Shown: piece after piece, positions 11,480-24,482 of the stretch | Position numbering within the stretch: position 1 is the stretch's first letter | Layout of the letters: each line of letters opens with the position of its first letter | Assembly: GCF_001194135.2 (NCBI RefSeq) | Contig: NC_068988.1 | Coordinates: 17,747,006 to 17,811,005, forward strand | Reading direction: 5' to 3' | Length of the DNA: 64,000 nucleotides | DNA from: Octopus bimaculoides | Taxonomy: Eukaryota | The notes under the pieces: generated by a model | Databases searched by the model: none | The model's input: the letters and a program-made list of their open reading frames with translations, nothing else | Told to the model about the DNA's origin: nothing | Program-made: the position numbers and the translations under genes

Positions 11480-12340
11480 TTCCCTTGGCCATATATAAGG
11501 ACCCCTTCCAGTGGCCGTATTATCGACTTTCTCAGCAATCTGAGTATGTCATGAGGTTTCCAGACATGAGTTCTAGTCATGTGCCGAGTTATCTACATGA
11601 CCTCAAGAAGAAGAATATAACGTAATCTCTTGAATAGTCTATTATACCGAGGGCCCCATACTTTAAGGCAAATATTAGCAAATGTTCTTTATGTATTAGG
11701 GAATCTCTTGCGATACTCAGGTCTTTTGAACCAAAAACCCTGAATAAGTTCACCGAGGTAGTCCCCTTCTGCGACCATAAGTTTTCCTCCATCTTCTTGA
11801 AACTGTATAGAGATAAAAATAAATTTAAAAGCAATAAATAATAGCAAGTGTCATAGTTTGCATTAGGGTGAATTGAAACCTCGATGATTGGTTTTGATAC
11901 TGCAGCCTGTTTGGCTATTCTAAAATAGCATATTTTTAAAAACCTTCCCATTATTTGCATAGGCTTGTCTAAGGCATATTATTTATATATATTTTCTCTT
12001 TAACAAAAATCATTTTCCATTTTTTCTCTTGGTGCATGTCGTGACTTTGTATGTGAGTTTACCCCGACGAGAGGGTCATCACCTGTTTACACTCTATTGC
12101 GTTTTGAAATACAGTGGTGTACCTCCGAAATGGACATAGGTGTTTTACCTGCTGGGTGCCTGTTGTTCATTCTGGTATATACCAAACTGGTGCGGACTTG
12201 CCTATTGGTGTCTACTGGTTTTGAGTTGTAGAATGTGCCCGAGGGAGGTGAAGAACTTTGAGCTTTAACTCTAAATGGTGTTAAATCACTTCTGTCCCTC
12301 ATTTTCAACCGATGGACTACTTTAGGGTACCTCATTTCTT
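11480..12340 (+). mobile_element. Penelope-like element 3' remnant: GIY-YIG C-terminus plus a downstream hammerhead-like motif
   Basis: SYLHDLKKKNIT*SLE*SIIPRAPYFKANISKCSLCIRESLAILRSFEPKTLNKFTEVVPFCDHKF matches the PLE endonuclease tail pattern (W-SI...C-x-LC..E..IL...LNK..E...C-x-H). A type I hammerhead fold follows at 12060-12142 on the same strand. Confidence 0.8.
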
Positions 12341-13389
12341 TCTTTATTTTATTTTACTTTATTCTATTTCGACTTATATTATATTATCATATTATATATT
12401 TGAATTTGTTATCCCTTCTATTCGTATTAATTTTTATTCGTATTAATTTTAACTTCTATGAATTGATATTTACGTGTATTGTATCATTCCTTTAACTCAA
12501 TTTTTTTCAGTTGTATGTTATCGGTTGAAACAATATATTCGTGTATAAAATTTTATACAAAATATGCTATATCTTTTATTTATTATTTCTTCTTGCGTTA
12601 TTTGTCTTGCATTATACCTTCTTATTCCTTATGTTTGACGGATTATGTTGTATTTCTTATATATATTCATTGAGGGGTGTGATATGTTGAGTCGTTAACC
12701 CAGTGTTTTTATTCTATAACTAATATTTCTACTCTTGTCTCAATTATTCTGAGCACTTCTCCTTACAGCCCTGTATAAAATCTATTGGTTTCCTAATAAG
12801 AAACCATTAATATTATATATTATATTTATATACAAGCACACATGCTCACACACACACACACATATGAATGTTATACATACATATATGACATATATGTATG
12901 TTTACTTGCGTGTAGTGTACGTCTGCATTTTAATATTCATATATATAGTGTGGATATATGTAGGTGTGTGTGTATGTGTGTGCGTGTATAGAATGCCTTG
13001 CTTTTAATAATGGTATACAAGAACAATATTTAGCAATGCTGTGTTTTGTATTGAAATCTAAACAAGTATTGCGTAGTGAATAAATCCTTATACAGTAGTA
13101 CCTTTCCCCGACTGCAACATTCAACAGCGCACAGTTACGTCTGTTAACTCTATTTTCACAAAACCAGCTACAGTAAATTTGCATCCTTTTTATAGTATGC
13201 CGTTAAATACTGTAGCATTGTTTCTAATGTTGATATTGACGACTCGGCACCCTACTGTAATATGTAGTTATTCAGTTTTTCTCATGGCAATGAATGGCAA
13301 TATTTTGTTATTCACAGGAATATACATCGGTGTTCCATTTACTTTGAAAGAATTAATAGGAGCACGATACTATAAATATAACTAAATCT

Positions 13390-13830
13390 CCCTAAAGTCA
13401 AAACCTGCCGCTTTGAAAATAATGGACAGAATGTTATTATAGATAATGCCTGCCATAAAATACAGGATATGCATGGACAAATCATCTGATTAGAACAGTC
13501 TAACGTTAACCACAAACAGCAGAAACTGTAAGCGACGAATTTGTACTGTCGCTTGAGCTTCGGAGAGACTACCTCGCAGGAATTGTTCTGACATTCACCG
13601 CCTTGAATTGGAATCACACCAAGATCAGTTTCAAGCATTTGGTATCGATGATGGAATGGATCTATGTCAAGAGATTTGCTGAACTTTCAAGTATATCGGA
13701 AAAGTGCCTTGCAGTATCTGTTCCAACTGTTAGTGAAAAGAGTTGAAATTCCATCGTCATGCTTTACAAAACCTATTCTATTGCAAGTATTCATCCTAGG
13801 TCTTCGATTCGAGAATACCCACCACAAGAG
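13390..13830 (+). mobile_element. Possible heavily decayed hAT transposase C-terminal fragment
   Basis: The fragments FENNGQNVIIDNACHKIQ and FGIDDGMDLCQEI loosely resemble hAT C-terminal regions. There is no convincing SxxERxFS dimerisation motif. Confidence 0.25.
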
Positions 13831-14260
13831 TGAGAAACACTGTAGAGTGTGAGGGACACTGCTCTCTCATGTGACCTCGCAGGGAAACACACACAAAAAC
13901 AATGAACAAAATAGAATATTTTGTTCATTGTAACAACCTACATTAATACGGTCAACATAGAGAAATAGCGGATCTATTTTAAAACGGGGGCCACATTTTT
14001 CATTAATGTTTTACGTAGTGTTTTTGGTACGGAAAGACTTTCAAACTTCGTATACTTATCTATTTTGTGTTATAGAACAGAAAAATATTTTTGTATTCGA
14101 ATTTATTTCATGTAAAAAATTGTCTTATTTCGATAATTTCAACCAATCACTGACAAGTATTCAGTTGTTTACATTTACTCCTTTGGCTGATTAAGCGGTG
14201 TAAAGCGTATTTAATCTCCATACCTTCGTTTTATTTGCTTTTTTCATTTTAAATTTGCTT

Positions 14261-14292
14261 TAACCCTAACCCTAGAGTTAGGGTTAGGGTTA
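14261..14292. repeat. Inverted telomere-type repeat palindrome inside an interspersed repeat
   Basis: taaccctaaccct-agagtt-agggttagggtta forms a perfect 13-bp stem of (TAACCC)/(GGGTTA) units. Confidence 0.9.
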
Positions 14293-14752
14293 ATTGTTTC
14301 AGAATCGTTTGTTTATGTAGTCGGCACTTAATGTATATCGGCTGAATGGACGTCAGTGATTGGTTGAAATTACAGAAATACGACAACTTTAACATGGAAT
14401 AACTTATGGATTTCTTTTTATTTTAAGAAGACTAAGAGAAAAAGATGTTTTATGACACATTCTACCAGTGTTCCAAGTTTCAAAGTGTTTCGTTAATGAA
14501 AAATGTGGCCCCCGTTTTAAAAAAGATCCGAAATAGCAACAACATAGCAAAAGTTTCTCTTCTAGCAACTGTATGTTCATCATAGTAACTTGCATTAGAA
14601 GAACTTCTACGCCAATATTCTATCTACTAGAAGCCACAGCCAATCGATCGGAAATAGAACACGTGATTGTGATTTTGAGAAACCTATATCACAAGGGCTG
14701 TCCTAGGTTGTTTAATAGCATGAACACTTTCTTACTATAATAAATGATTGTA

Positions 14753-14795
<43 letters not shown>

Positions 14796-15299
14796 NNNNN
14801 NNNNNNNNNNNNNNNNNNNNNNNNNNNNNNNNNNNNNNNNNNNNNNNNNNNNNNNNNNNNNNNNNNNNNNNNNNNNNNNNNNNNNNNNNNNNNNNNNNNN
14901 NNNNNNNNNNNNNNNNNNNNNNNNNNNNNNNNNNNNNNNNNNNNNNNNNNNNNNNNNNNNNNNNNNNNNNNNNNNNNNNNNNNNNNNNNNNNNNNNNNNN
15001 NNNNNNNNNNNNNNNNNNNNNNNNNNNNNNNNNNNNNNNNNNNNNNNNNNNNNNNNNNNNNNNNNNNNNNNNNNNNNNNNNNNNNNNNNNNNNNNNNNNN
15101 NNNNNNNNNNNNNNNNNNNNNNNNNNNNNNNNNNNNNNNNNNNNNNNNNNNNNNNNNNNNNNNNNNNNNNNNNNNNNNNNNNNNNNNNNNNNNNNNNNNN
15201 NNNNNNNNNNNNNNNNNNNNNNNNNNNNNNNNNNNNNNNNNNNNNNNNNNNNNNNNNNNNNNNNNNNNNNNNNNNNNNNNNNNNNNNNNNNNNNNNNNN

Positions 15300-15346
<47 letters not shown>

Positions 15347-15381
15347 GTATGTATGTATGTATGCATGCATGTATGTATTTG

Positions 15382-15577
15382 TATGTTTATGTTTGTCCTC
15401 CACCATCGCTTGACAATCGATGTTGGTGTGTTTACGCGCCCGTAACTTAGCGGTTCTGCAAAAGAGACCAATAGAACAAGTACTAGGCTTACCAAGAATA
15501 AGTCCTGGAGTTGATTTGTTCGACTAAAGGTGGTGCTCCCGCATGGTCGCAATCAAATGACTGAACTGAATAAAAGA
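15382..15577 (+). mobile_element. SINE family A, 3' half (the 5' half probably lies in the N-gap)
   Basis: cgcttgacaatcgatgttggtgtgtttacg..gtaacttagcggttc..aagtactaggctt..cgactaaaggtggtgctcc..gactgaactgaataaaaga. Confidence 0.85.
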
Positions 15578-15604
15578 GTATATACATATTAATATATATA
15601 TGTT

Positions 15605-15635
<31 letters not shown>

Positions 15636-15652
15636 GTGTGTATGTGTGTGTA

Positions 15653-15687
<35 letters not shown>

Positions 15688-16559
15688 TGTGTATACTTGT
15701 GCGTGTATGTATGTGTGGGTGAATCCCATAAATAAAATATGACTTGCTGTGATATAAAATGTTTCAAAGGTGTAAAAACGACATAAAGTAATATTACATA
15801 CAATGCTCAAGAGCATTTTTCCCATAAATTTTCTTTCTTTGCAGTAGGAAATAGACACAATCAGTAAACTTTCATTATTGCTTTGTGTGGCTGTATTTTT
15901 TAATGATGCAGTCATCTATAAAATGCTTCTTTGTAAATAGTTCTGTTGCTATATACTATTTCGTTTATGAACATTTTATGCACTTATATTTTTACTGTAG
16001 TTTATTACTATGAATTTGGTATGCTATCAATGCGTTCGGTGCAAGAGTGTGCTCTTCGGGGGACTGTTAAATTATTGCTATTTGTTTGTAGATATCAAGT
16101 CTAGAAAATTTGTAAAGATCATTGTAAGTGTTATTGATGCTCTAAGTAGTTTGTTATTAGAAATATGATTTTCATCAGCATATTTTACGATTACCATATT
16201 ATTGCATAATCTTTACTATGCTAATATGAAGCACCGTCCAGCCGATCTTTCAAACATGACTACCTTTACACTAATGTATCTTGAAAATTCGACTTCTGTG
16301 CGATTGTAGAAGGTATTTGTTTTCAGGAAGTATTGTATGCTAAGTAGGCAAAATTCTTTTTGCAGCTGGCCTTTTGGAATAATTTTCTTTATAGATCAGT
16401 CTCATCACTGCTAAATCAATATGGTAACGAAGTACATCATTGCAATATATATTACAACTATAAATGTCATAGAAACTGGTCAAGTGAGAGCTGGAGTGTA
16501 GGAGACAGAAGGAAGAGAGGGAGAAATATGTAGAGAAAGATATATATATATATATATAT

Positions 16560-16745
16560 AGGGAGAATTCACGAAAAAATAACAGGCGAAGTCAGGTGGT
16601 GTAAACAAATGAATGTATTAGTATAACGCTCGGGAATAGAGAACGTTTTTAACGTTTCGAGCATACGCTCTTCAACAGAAAGGAACACAGAAAGAAACAA
16701 GGAGAGAAAAAAATCTGTAGTGGTCAGCGATCTATCATGGCGAAT
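16560..16745 (-). mobile_element. Penelope-like terminal-repeat fragment with a minimal hammerhead-like motif at 16648-16681
   Basis: The reverse complement is TTT-CTGTTGA-A-GAGC-gtat-GCTC-GAAAC-GTT-AAA. The fragment abuts a (TA)n run. The PLE assignment is inferred from the motif. Confidence 0.5.
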
Positions 16746-17889
16746 CATGATATGATGAACATATATATAGAGAGAGAGAGGGGGAGGGGGGGAAGAGAAG
16801 TAAGTAACTTTTTTCCTCTTAACTGTGTAAAAACTAGTTTGCTATAAATATTTTTGAAAAATTCTATTCATATAGTCATGTTTCACAAGCATTGCAAATA
16901 TTCATAAACAGCTGCATGCGATCCGATTATAACGGGTTACCCATGCTACTCTGAGTTTTGTAAGTACCTTTTTCTCCTTTCTCTCTCTCTTTCTCTCTTT
17001 GTAAGTATGTATGTGCGCGTGAGTGAGCATGTTATTAAACGTGTCAATTTACTCGTGTTACGTCGCTAAACTACCTTCATACAGCTATTAAAAATCCAAT
17101 AATGAAAACTGTAAAATGCTTTAAAGCTTGCTCAGTGGCCCACAGAGAATGGCAATTGCGGTTCCAGATCATCCTCTACAATTCTATAAGGATAGCCAAG
17201 AATTTGTTTATATATGTCTCTCTCTATTTGTCTTTCTATCTGTGCATATGTACACAATTATGTATGTCTGCGTGTGTGTGTGTCTAAATTACTCTAAGAA
17301 TAACATATTACAGAAATTAGTTAATGTCCATAAATCTCTAAAACATGGCGACTACTTAGATGCTTCTAGTGTTGATGACTATTATCGTATAATGATGAAT
17401 AAAACATATTTCCTTCATTCTATAGATAAACGTTTCTGATAAACTTTCAGAAGCGTTGTTTTTCTCATTGCTTTGTATAGGTCTGATCTATTGCATATAA
17501 TTGCAGAATAGAATAGTTACGAGCCTAGAATGCGGTCATTTGGTAATGTAATACAATCTGATGAAGTGTCGATCAACAGTTTTGTGGCTAGCAAATTACA
17601 TTTATGTTAATTCATCTAATCTTCTAATTTTCGCTTTCTAAATTAACTCACTAACTTGTCATTTCAATTCACCCGATCAGTTCACATGGAGGTCACAAAC
17701 CTCTTCAAAAAGCCTTACTTTCATCATATATCTAGAATTGAAATATTTCGTGCTCTGTTGCATATTTCTACATGTATATTTAACCCAAGAAAAATTATTA
17801 ATAAAACGAATAATATAATGAAATGCTTAGCAATACCATTCTTACAGATTGGCGTTAATGAACGATAAGAATTTTAATAAACATATATA

Positions 17890-18310
17890 GGCGCAGGCGC
17901 GACTGTGTGGTAAGAAACTTGCTTCTCAACCACATGGTTCCAGGTTCAGTTCCACGGCGTGGCACCTTGGGCAAGTGTCTTTTACAACAGCCTCGGGCTG
18001 ACCAAAACCTTGTGAGTGAACTTGGTAGACGGAAACTGAATAAATCCCGCCGTATATGTGTGTGTTTATTTGTGTGTCTGTGGGTTTTTGTGTCAGTGTT
18101 TCACACCACCACGACCACCCCCAACACTGTTACTTGAAAACTGATGCTTGTGTGTTTACGTCCCTGTAAATTAGCGGTTTGACAAAAGTGATCGAGAGAA
18201 TAAGTACTAAGCTTACAAAGAATAAGTCTTGGGGTCGATTTCTTCGACTAAGACCCTTTAATGTGGTGCTCCAGCATGGCTGCAGTCAAATGGCTGAAAG
18301 AAATAAAAGA
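17890..18310 (+). mobile_element. Full-length tRNA-derived SINE family A
   Basis: A-box-like ctgtgtggtaag, B-box-like ggttcagttcc, ccttgggcaagtgtc, an internal TG-rich linker, and the 3' end cagcatggctgcagtcaaatggctgaaa with an A-rich tail. Confidence 0.9.
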
Positions 18311-20585
18311 ATATATACAGATGATTAGTCTTTATCTGGTTATAATTGTTCGTGAATTTCCAACACGATTTGATAATTATATGAAAGAATTATGAAAAAT
18401 TATTTCGTGATAGTGCCGTTACTGCAGTCAGTAGAATTTATGTTGAAGTCAACGATCCCAGGAAGAGATGGCAAAGGTTGACATACAATTAGCATTCCAG
18501 AAATTCATATTTGTATACACTCTGTTGCCCTATGTTAGAAATAGTGAAGGTGTAAATCAAACCATTTGTTCAAAGGTTCAGATATATTTGTGTATTGAAT
18601 AATTTCTAAAACTTGACCTGCTTGTACTATAAACAAGAGTGCAAACGAAACAGTGTTAAAATATCTCGCATTTATTTAAATAAATGGACAACCAATGTAA
18701 ACAAAACAGTATTATAGTATTAGGATGTCAGGGAATGATGTACAATGTACTAAATTTCTATAATCGCCAATGATGTGCGTTCTATTTATCCTAATCGATT
18801 GACATTGTACTAGATCAGGCAAGCCATCAGAATATTCTGCGCTAAACTATTTAACCAGCTTAGACTTTTGAATTATTATTTTCCAAGATAATTGAGGACA
18901 GGTTGCCGGTGTTAGATTTGCTTTCCGTGAAAATGTGCTGAAACAAATTACAAGAATTGAACACATAACATGTATAAAATAAAACCGAGGCTAGATTTCA
19001 TATTTATGTAGCTTCCCTCTGCTACCATTATGATTTTATATTGTCTCAGTATATTTTGACCAATATCCTTATATGATATGAACTGAAAAATACACTTATC
19101 TTATTGTTATCACATTAAATGAATTCCAGTACATGACCAATCTGTCCATTTTATGTGAAGAAAATTTTATGCTTTGCATTGGGACGTGACGTAGTCAACG
19201 ACACTGCTGCAGATACTTTGTGCAAAAGTCTCATACAGTTAGATGAAATGGAAGTTGATACATAGTGAAAAATATGTTAATCTATTTAATTCTCACAAGA
19301 ACATTCCATCTAACCTATTTAAATGACGTTGACAGCTATTATGTATCTTGCAAAAGAACTACACTGCAGTTGAGATCTAAGTAAGTACATAAGCTCAAAA
19401 TAAACTGTGGAAATAGAATAAATTCGGAGACGCCTCTGAAAATACCTCCATTGAATTTTAATACATCGCTAGTTACGACTTAATTGTCCGTATTATTATT
19501 CGTACCTCTTCTCTGTCCATTCGCGAACCACAGCTATTCAAACAATACACACATTTTATATTTTTAACGCATTCAGAACTGCATAATGATTCAGAATTTT
19601 TTTTAAATGGGAAGAAACATTTTAAAGATTACTGACAGCTGTGTGGAAAGGTCACATAAAATTTTAAACCGCTTATTCTTTTCCTCTTAACGTATTTCTT
19701 TTTGTGATTGCATAGTAACTTCTTGGTAAGGTAGTTTGTACATGTTATTATCGAAGTTTGAATAAAATTCTATACACGAAAACAAAGGATGGAGAATCAA
19801 CGAATATCCATCATCATCACTGGCGGCAGCAGCAATAGTTGTGATGGAGAACTTTTTGTTAATTATTAGCGCTGTTGTGAGCACTGCATTGATAGTTTTG
19901 TTTATATTTTCCTTAAACGCTTTTGTTGCGTTTTTCTGATTACTAATTTTATTGTAATTGTTATATCTGCAATCATTGATATTGTTATACTATTGTAATA
20001 GAATCGTTTGTGTTTTGTAACTGTCATTTATAGTTGTTAAATGTATTTGAAATTTTAAATATTATTTTAGTAGAATCATTTATGGATATAAAATTCAGCA
20101 ATCTAATTAGCTGTTAAGTTAATGGGGAAAATATAAAAGTACGTTAATCTAAAATATTAAATTATAAACGATATTCTAAACACGTGTTAGGTTTCTTTAT
20201 ATTATATTTTTTCTCCTAGCTATTTATATTAAGATCATTTTATTGTGCATTTCATAGTTACAACTGACAGAAGTTTCAGGTACAACATATCAAGTAAGAA
20301 AATTGTCTGTTATGAAATTTGCAATATATTCATAGCTCAATAAATTCATTAACATTCGGTGAATAATACGTATGTCATGGAAATTGTCTGACCTGTAAAT
20401 CTGAATTTAAGCTACAAATAATAACCTGGTCATGATTCTACAACTACCTATAAGGATTGCAGAAATAAATACAGTGAGATATATATATATATTTATATAT
20501 ATATATATATAAATTGTAAATGCAAAAATAAAAACAAAAACACAAAGGATTCTGTGGTACACGTGTTTCAAGCGTTATAGTTATG

Positions 20586-20655
<70 letters not shown>

Positions 20656-20658
<3 letters not shown>

Positions 20659-21120
20659 GGAGGTGCAATGGCCCAATGGTTAGGGCAGTGGACTCGCGGT
20701 TTCGATTCCCAGACCGGGCGTTGTGAGTGTTTATTGAGCGAAAACACCTAAAGCTCCACGAGGTTCCAGCAGGGGTTGGTGGCGAACCCTGCTGTGCTCT
20801 TCCACCGCAACTTTCTCTCACTCTTACTTCCTGTTTTTGCTGTACCAGTAATTCAAAGGGTCAGCCTTGTCACTGTGTCACGCTGAATATCCCCGAGAAC
20901 TACATTAAGGGTACACGTGACTGTGGAGTGCTCAGCCACTTGCACGTTAATTTCACGAGCAGGCNNNNNNNNNNCGCTGAATATCCCCGAGAACTACATT
21001 AAGGGTACACGTGACTGTGGAGTGCTCAGCCACTTGCACGTTAATTTCACGAGCAGGCTGTTCCGTTGATCGGATCAACTGGAGCCCTCGGTCGTCGTAA
21101 GCGACGGCGTGCCAACAACA
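20656..21120 (+). mobile_element. tRNA-derived SINE family D (single copy in this window)
   Basis: A box tggcccaatgg (20669-20679), B box gtttcgattccc (about 20699-20710), and the 3' end gacggcgtgccaacaaca. The segment duplicated across the 10-N gap is probably an assembly artefact. Confidence 0.8.
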
Positions 21121-21589
21121 TATAGACTGGTTGCCTTTTTCTCTGGGATTGATCAAGTGATGATGATACCTCGGATGACACTGCAGTAAGTTCCGAAAAT
21201 CAAGTAAGGTTGTTCGTCATCTTTTCAGTCTACGAAGAAATAGGTAAATAAATATTCTATGTCTCCTCCGTCTGTTTAGACATATATCATGCCTCAATGC
21301 TGAGTAGACTGGTTTCTTTTCTGACAATCCTCCGATATGAAATAACGTGTAAAATATTTATAGAATGCAAATTACAAGTTCCAGTTTTCTGGAAGTACTA
21401 AATTTGAAATGTAGATAAAATGACGGGCTACTTACTTATCTGAGATAGATAGATAGATAGATAGATGAATGGATGGGCAGACAGACAGACAGACAGACAT
21501 ATAGATAGATAGATGAATGGATGGGCAGACAGACAGATAGATAGATGGATGGATAGAACGAAATCAAGTAAATAAATCTCCGCAGAAGC

Positions 21590-21860
21590 ACCAAGTGCAT
21601 TCTTAACTTCATTTTGTATACTTCTATTCCGTGTAAGGATATAAAAATCATACTTGCATCACATACAACAATACGGTACAATTATTTCCCCTCAATTGGC
21701 CCCGCTCTCTTTAACATTACACCAAAAAACATTAAAGTAGAGTCAGACCCCATAAAGTTCAAGAAGTCTTTGGACAAATTCCTTCAAAAAAATCCGATAT
21801 AAACACTCGGACATGTCTCCGTAATCAATAACTCTCTACTTGAGTGGGTCATGTTGTCCT
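21590..21860 (+). mobile_element. CR1/L2-group LINE ORF2 3' end remnant
   Basis: TIRYNYFPSIGPALFNITPKNIKVESDPIKFKKSLDKFLQK followed by NNSLLEW matches the GP-LFN-LP...FK--LDKFL...NSL terminus of CR1/L2-group ORF2. Confidence 0.8.
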
Positions 21861-22078
21861 ATTCCTGGTTTGAATGACTTTTCCAGGTGGTACTATTGAG
21901 TTACACATGACCTGCGGCAATGCTAGCCGAAACGTATCGAAGTATAAAAGTATATGTAAGGGATTGTTAAAAACAATCCTGATGCCAACTGGGTTTAACC
22001 AAATATATTGATAGGAAGATCATCTATATAAACAGTCTCATAAAACTATTGACTTCTTAGTTATGTGTGTGTGTATGC

Positions 22079-22480
22079 TGTTACGATCAGACAAATTAAT
22101 AATGTAAGAAAAAAGGGGTAAACGTCTGATCGTAACAACAAAGTATTCAAACAGGGAAGTAAATGTTCATATATGGAGATTATGTCCAGTCTCAATGGTT
22201 TCAAGGTAGGTGGTGAACGGTCCGACCCGTATGCAGCTCCGTCTCGTTCTGGTTCTATCCGCGCCAAGCGCCACCTGTCTGCCCCGCTCCGCTTTTTAAT
22301 AGGAAGTACGAGATTACCTGCCTTGCTCGTTAACAGGAAGTGAACGAGGTTACCTGCCTCGTACTATGTTAACTTCCTGTATATATATTTGGTTATTCAT
22401 ACCGACGTTATTTAACTTCTGCCAACCTGTCGTTGACAAACGTTTATCTCGCCACCTTCGGAAAATATAGGGTAAGTTCT
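22079..22480. repeat. Unclassified GC-richer repeat with internal inverted and direct repeats
   Basis: Perfect 14-bp inverted repeat at 22079-22092/22124-22137, a direct repeat aggaagt..acgag.ttacctgcct (twice), and a hairpin at 22332-22380. Confidence 0.55.
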
Positions 22481-22572
22481 CACCCTTCATTATCTTATAG
22501 GTATACATAACAATGTGTGTGTAAGCAGTCTCATAATATATACATGCATATATATAAACATATATCTACACC

Positions 22573-22633
<61 letters not shown>

Positions 22634-22699
22634 ACCAGTAAAGTGGACATTTAATGCGCTAGAAATAGACCACATGATGTGTCTACTAAGAGCTAGTAG

Positions 22700-22865
22700 T
22701 TCTCAAAAGAAATTCAGCGGAATAGCAAACCGTAAGCGAGCAAGACATTGAAAATTACATACATAAAATTAAAACATTGTTATTCGCGGGCGAGGTTTCG
22801 GAGTTAAAAATCTCTTACCGAGAAAGTCTGCCCCTCTTCGGCGCGAACCGCAAGACTGTTATAAT
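22700..22865 (-). mobile_element. Penelope-like terminal-repeat fragment with a mutated type I hammerhead at 22783-22847
   Basis: The reverse complement is TTCGCG-CCGAAGA-GGGG..CTCC-GAAAC-ctc-GCC-CGCGAA, with a 6-bp stem I and 4-bp stem II. U4 and U16.1 both read C. Confidence 0.6.
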
Positions 22866-22890
22866 TAATATCTGATTTTTACCCTGTTTT

Positions 22891-22954
<64 letters not shown>

Positions 22955-23628
22955 CCTGGAATGTACACGGTTTGTATATTGTGCATAATGTTATAGTTTC
23001 TGTTCGCATGTATGTATGTGCGTGTCAAAGTATCTGGGGTCGAGTGTTTATATGTGCATCCATAAATCTATGAAGTGTGTTATATATGTGCGTATAGCAT
23101 CATGTATAGTATGCCTTTTGTGTTGGAGATGTCTTCACACATTGTGCTTGTTGCAATTTAAGCAAGTTGCAAATTTAATTTTAGGTAAAAATTATTGTAA
23201 ACAAATTTTAATAACGAAATAATTAAATGAGAAATAACAATTTATCGTAAGATTTAATAATTTCCAACAACACCTACGTTTTTTAATAGTCATATAGAAG
23301 AATTGTGCTAAGCAGAAATATTTACGTTATTTAGAGTTATATGGAAATTATTAGAGCGAGGACAAATCAACAGGTGAGAAAAAGCATTAACTTGAAGGAA
23401 GAAAATACTTATGAAGGAAAGAGATAATTATCTTATAACTTAGGAAAGAGGAAAAAATGATAATTTAAGATGTAGAATTCAAGTATTTAACAGGATTACG
23501 GTTAAAGAAATTTGAATCAGCTAAGGATTTAAAAGAAGGATTGACATTGACTTGATAAACGTTTCCAAGAATCACTTTAGTAGCATATTTTAGATGGAAA
23601 GATGACTGAAAGCAAACTGTTTCCTTAT

Positions 23629-23822
23629 AATTTTGGCACAAGGCCAGCAATTTTGAGTGGGTGGAAGAAAGTTGGTTATATCGACTCCAATACTTGGCTG
23701 GTACTTTATTTCGTCATTACCGAGAGGGTGAGTGACAAAGTCTACCACGATGGAATCAACGGAGTAAGTGTCACTAAGTATCTTCACCGGTGAGCTGACT
23801 ATTCTGGCAGCCCACCGCCTTC
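23629..23822 (-). mobile_element. SINE family B copy
   Basis: Reverse-orientation tail aattttggcacaaggccagcaatttt, body motifs, and the head ctattctggcagcccaccgcc. Confidence 0.7.
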
Positions 23823-24482
23823 TGTTGGTAAAGTAAAACTTTAATTTCTCTGCATATTAAACATAGCTGTTGAATCAGTTTTGCTATTACTGTTAAGTTG
23901 CGTTCTTTCATATACATACATACATACAGACAGACAGACAGACAGAGGAACATATATACATATAAACACATATGTAACATATATATACACATATAAATAT
24001 ATATATATATGTATGTAATATCTGTATATATATATATATATATATATATGTACAAGTTAAGTGTGCGTGAGTGTGTTTGGAATTTACGGGAAATTATAAA
24101 TGACAGATATTACCATGTTGATACAGTTATTAGATTGTGCTTATATTTATCCTTTACGTTTTCACGTGGTTAGTCCCCACCAATGAAATAAACAATATTC
24201 GCTCGATTTACTATGAATGACAGCTAAATGCATTTGAATCCTCACTCAGTAGCATTACAAATGGGAAGAAGTGAAAACGGGATAGCGTCGGCTTGAATGC
24301 TTTCGATCATAAGTCTGCTCAATGAAAGCTGGCTTGGAAACAACAATAACACCAACAACACCTGAAATATTCGTTAGTGGTTCGTTGTTCCATCCTTGAC
24401 TGCATTGATTTTTGCTTATTTTATTCTTTAATGAAAATTAAAGAAGTTAGACATTTTTCTTACTTCGTTTCCTGGAGTTCAG

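Noticed and set aside
11589-12335. Minus-strand ORFs of 123 aa and 82 aa
   Set aside because: They are antisense to the + strand Penelope-like remnant, whose stop-interrupted frame carries the real motifs.
19143-19262. Protein-like frame VKKILCFALGRDVVNDTAADTLCKSLIQLDEMEVDT
   Set aside because: Short, bounded by stops, with no good splice sites and no family I can recognise. BLASTX would be needed.
20880-21058. ~85-bp direct duplication inside SINE D
   Set aside because: The two identical copies flank a 10-N gap, a typical unmerged contig-overlap artefact.
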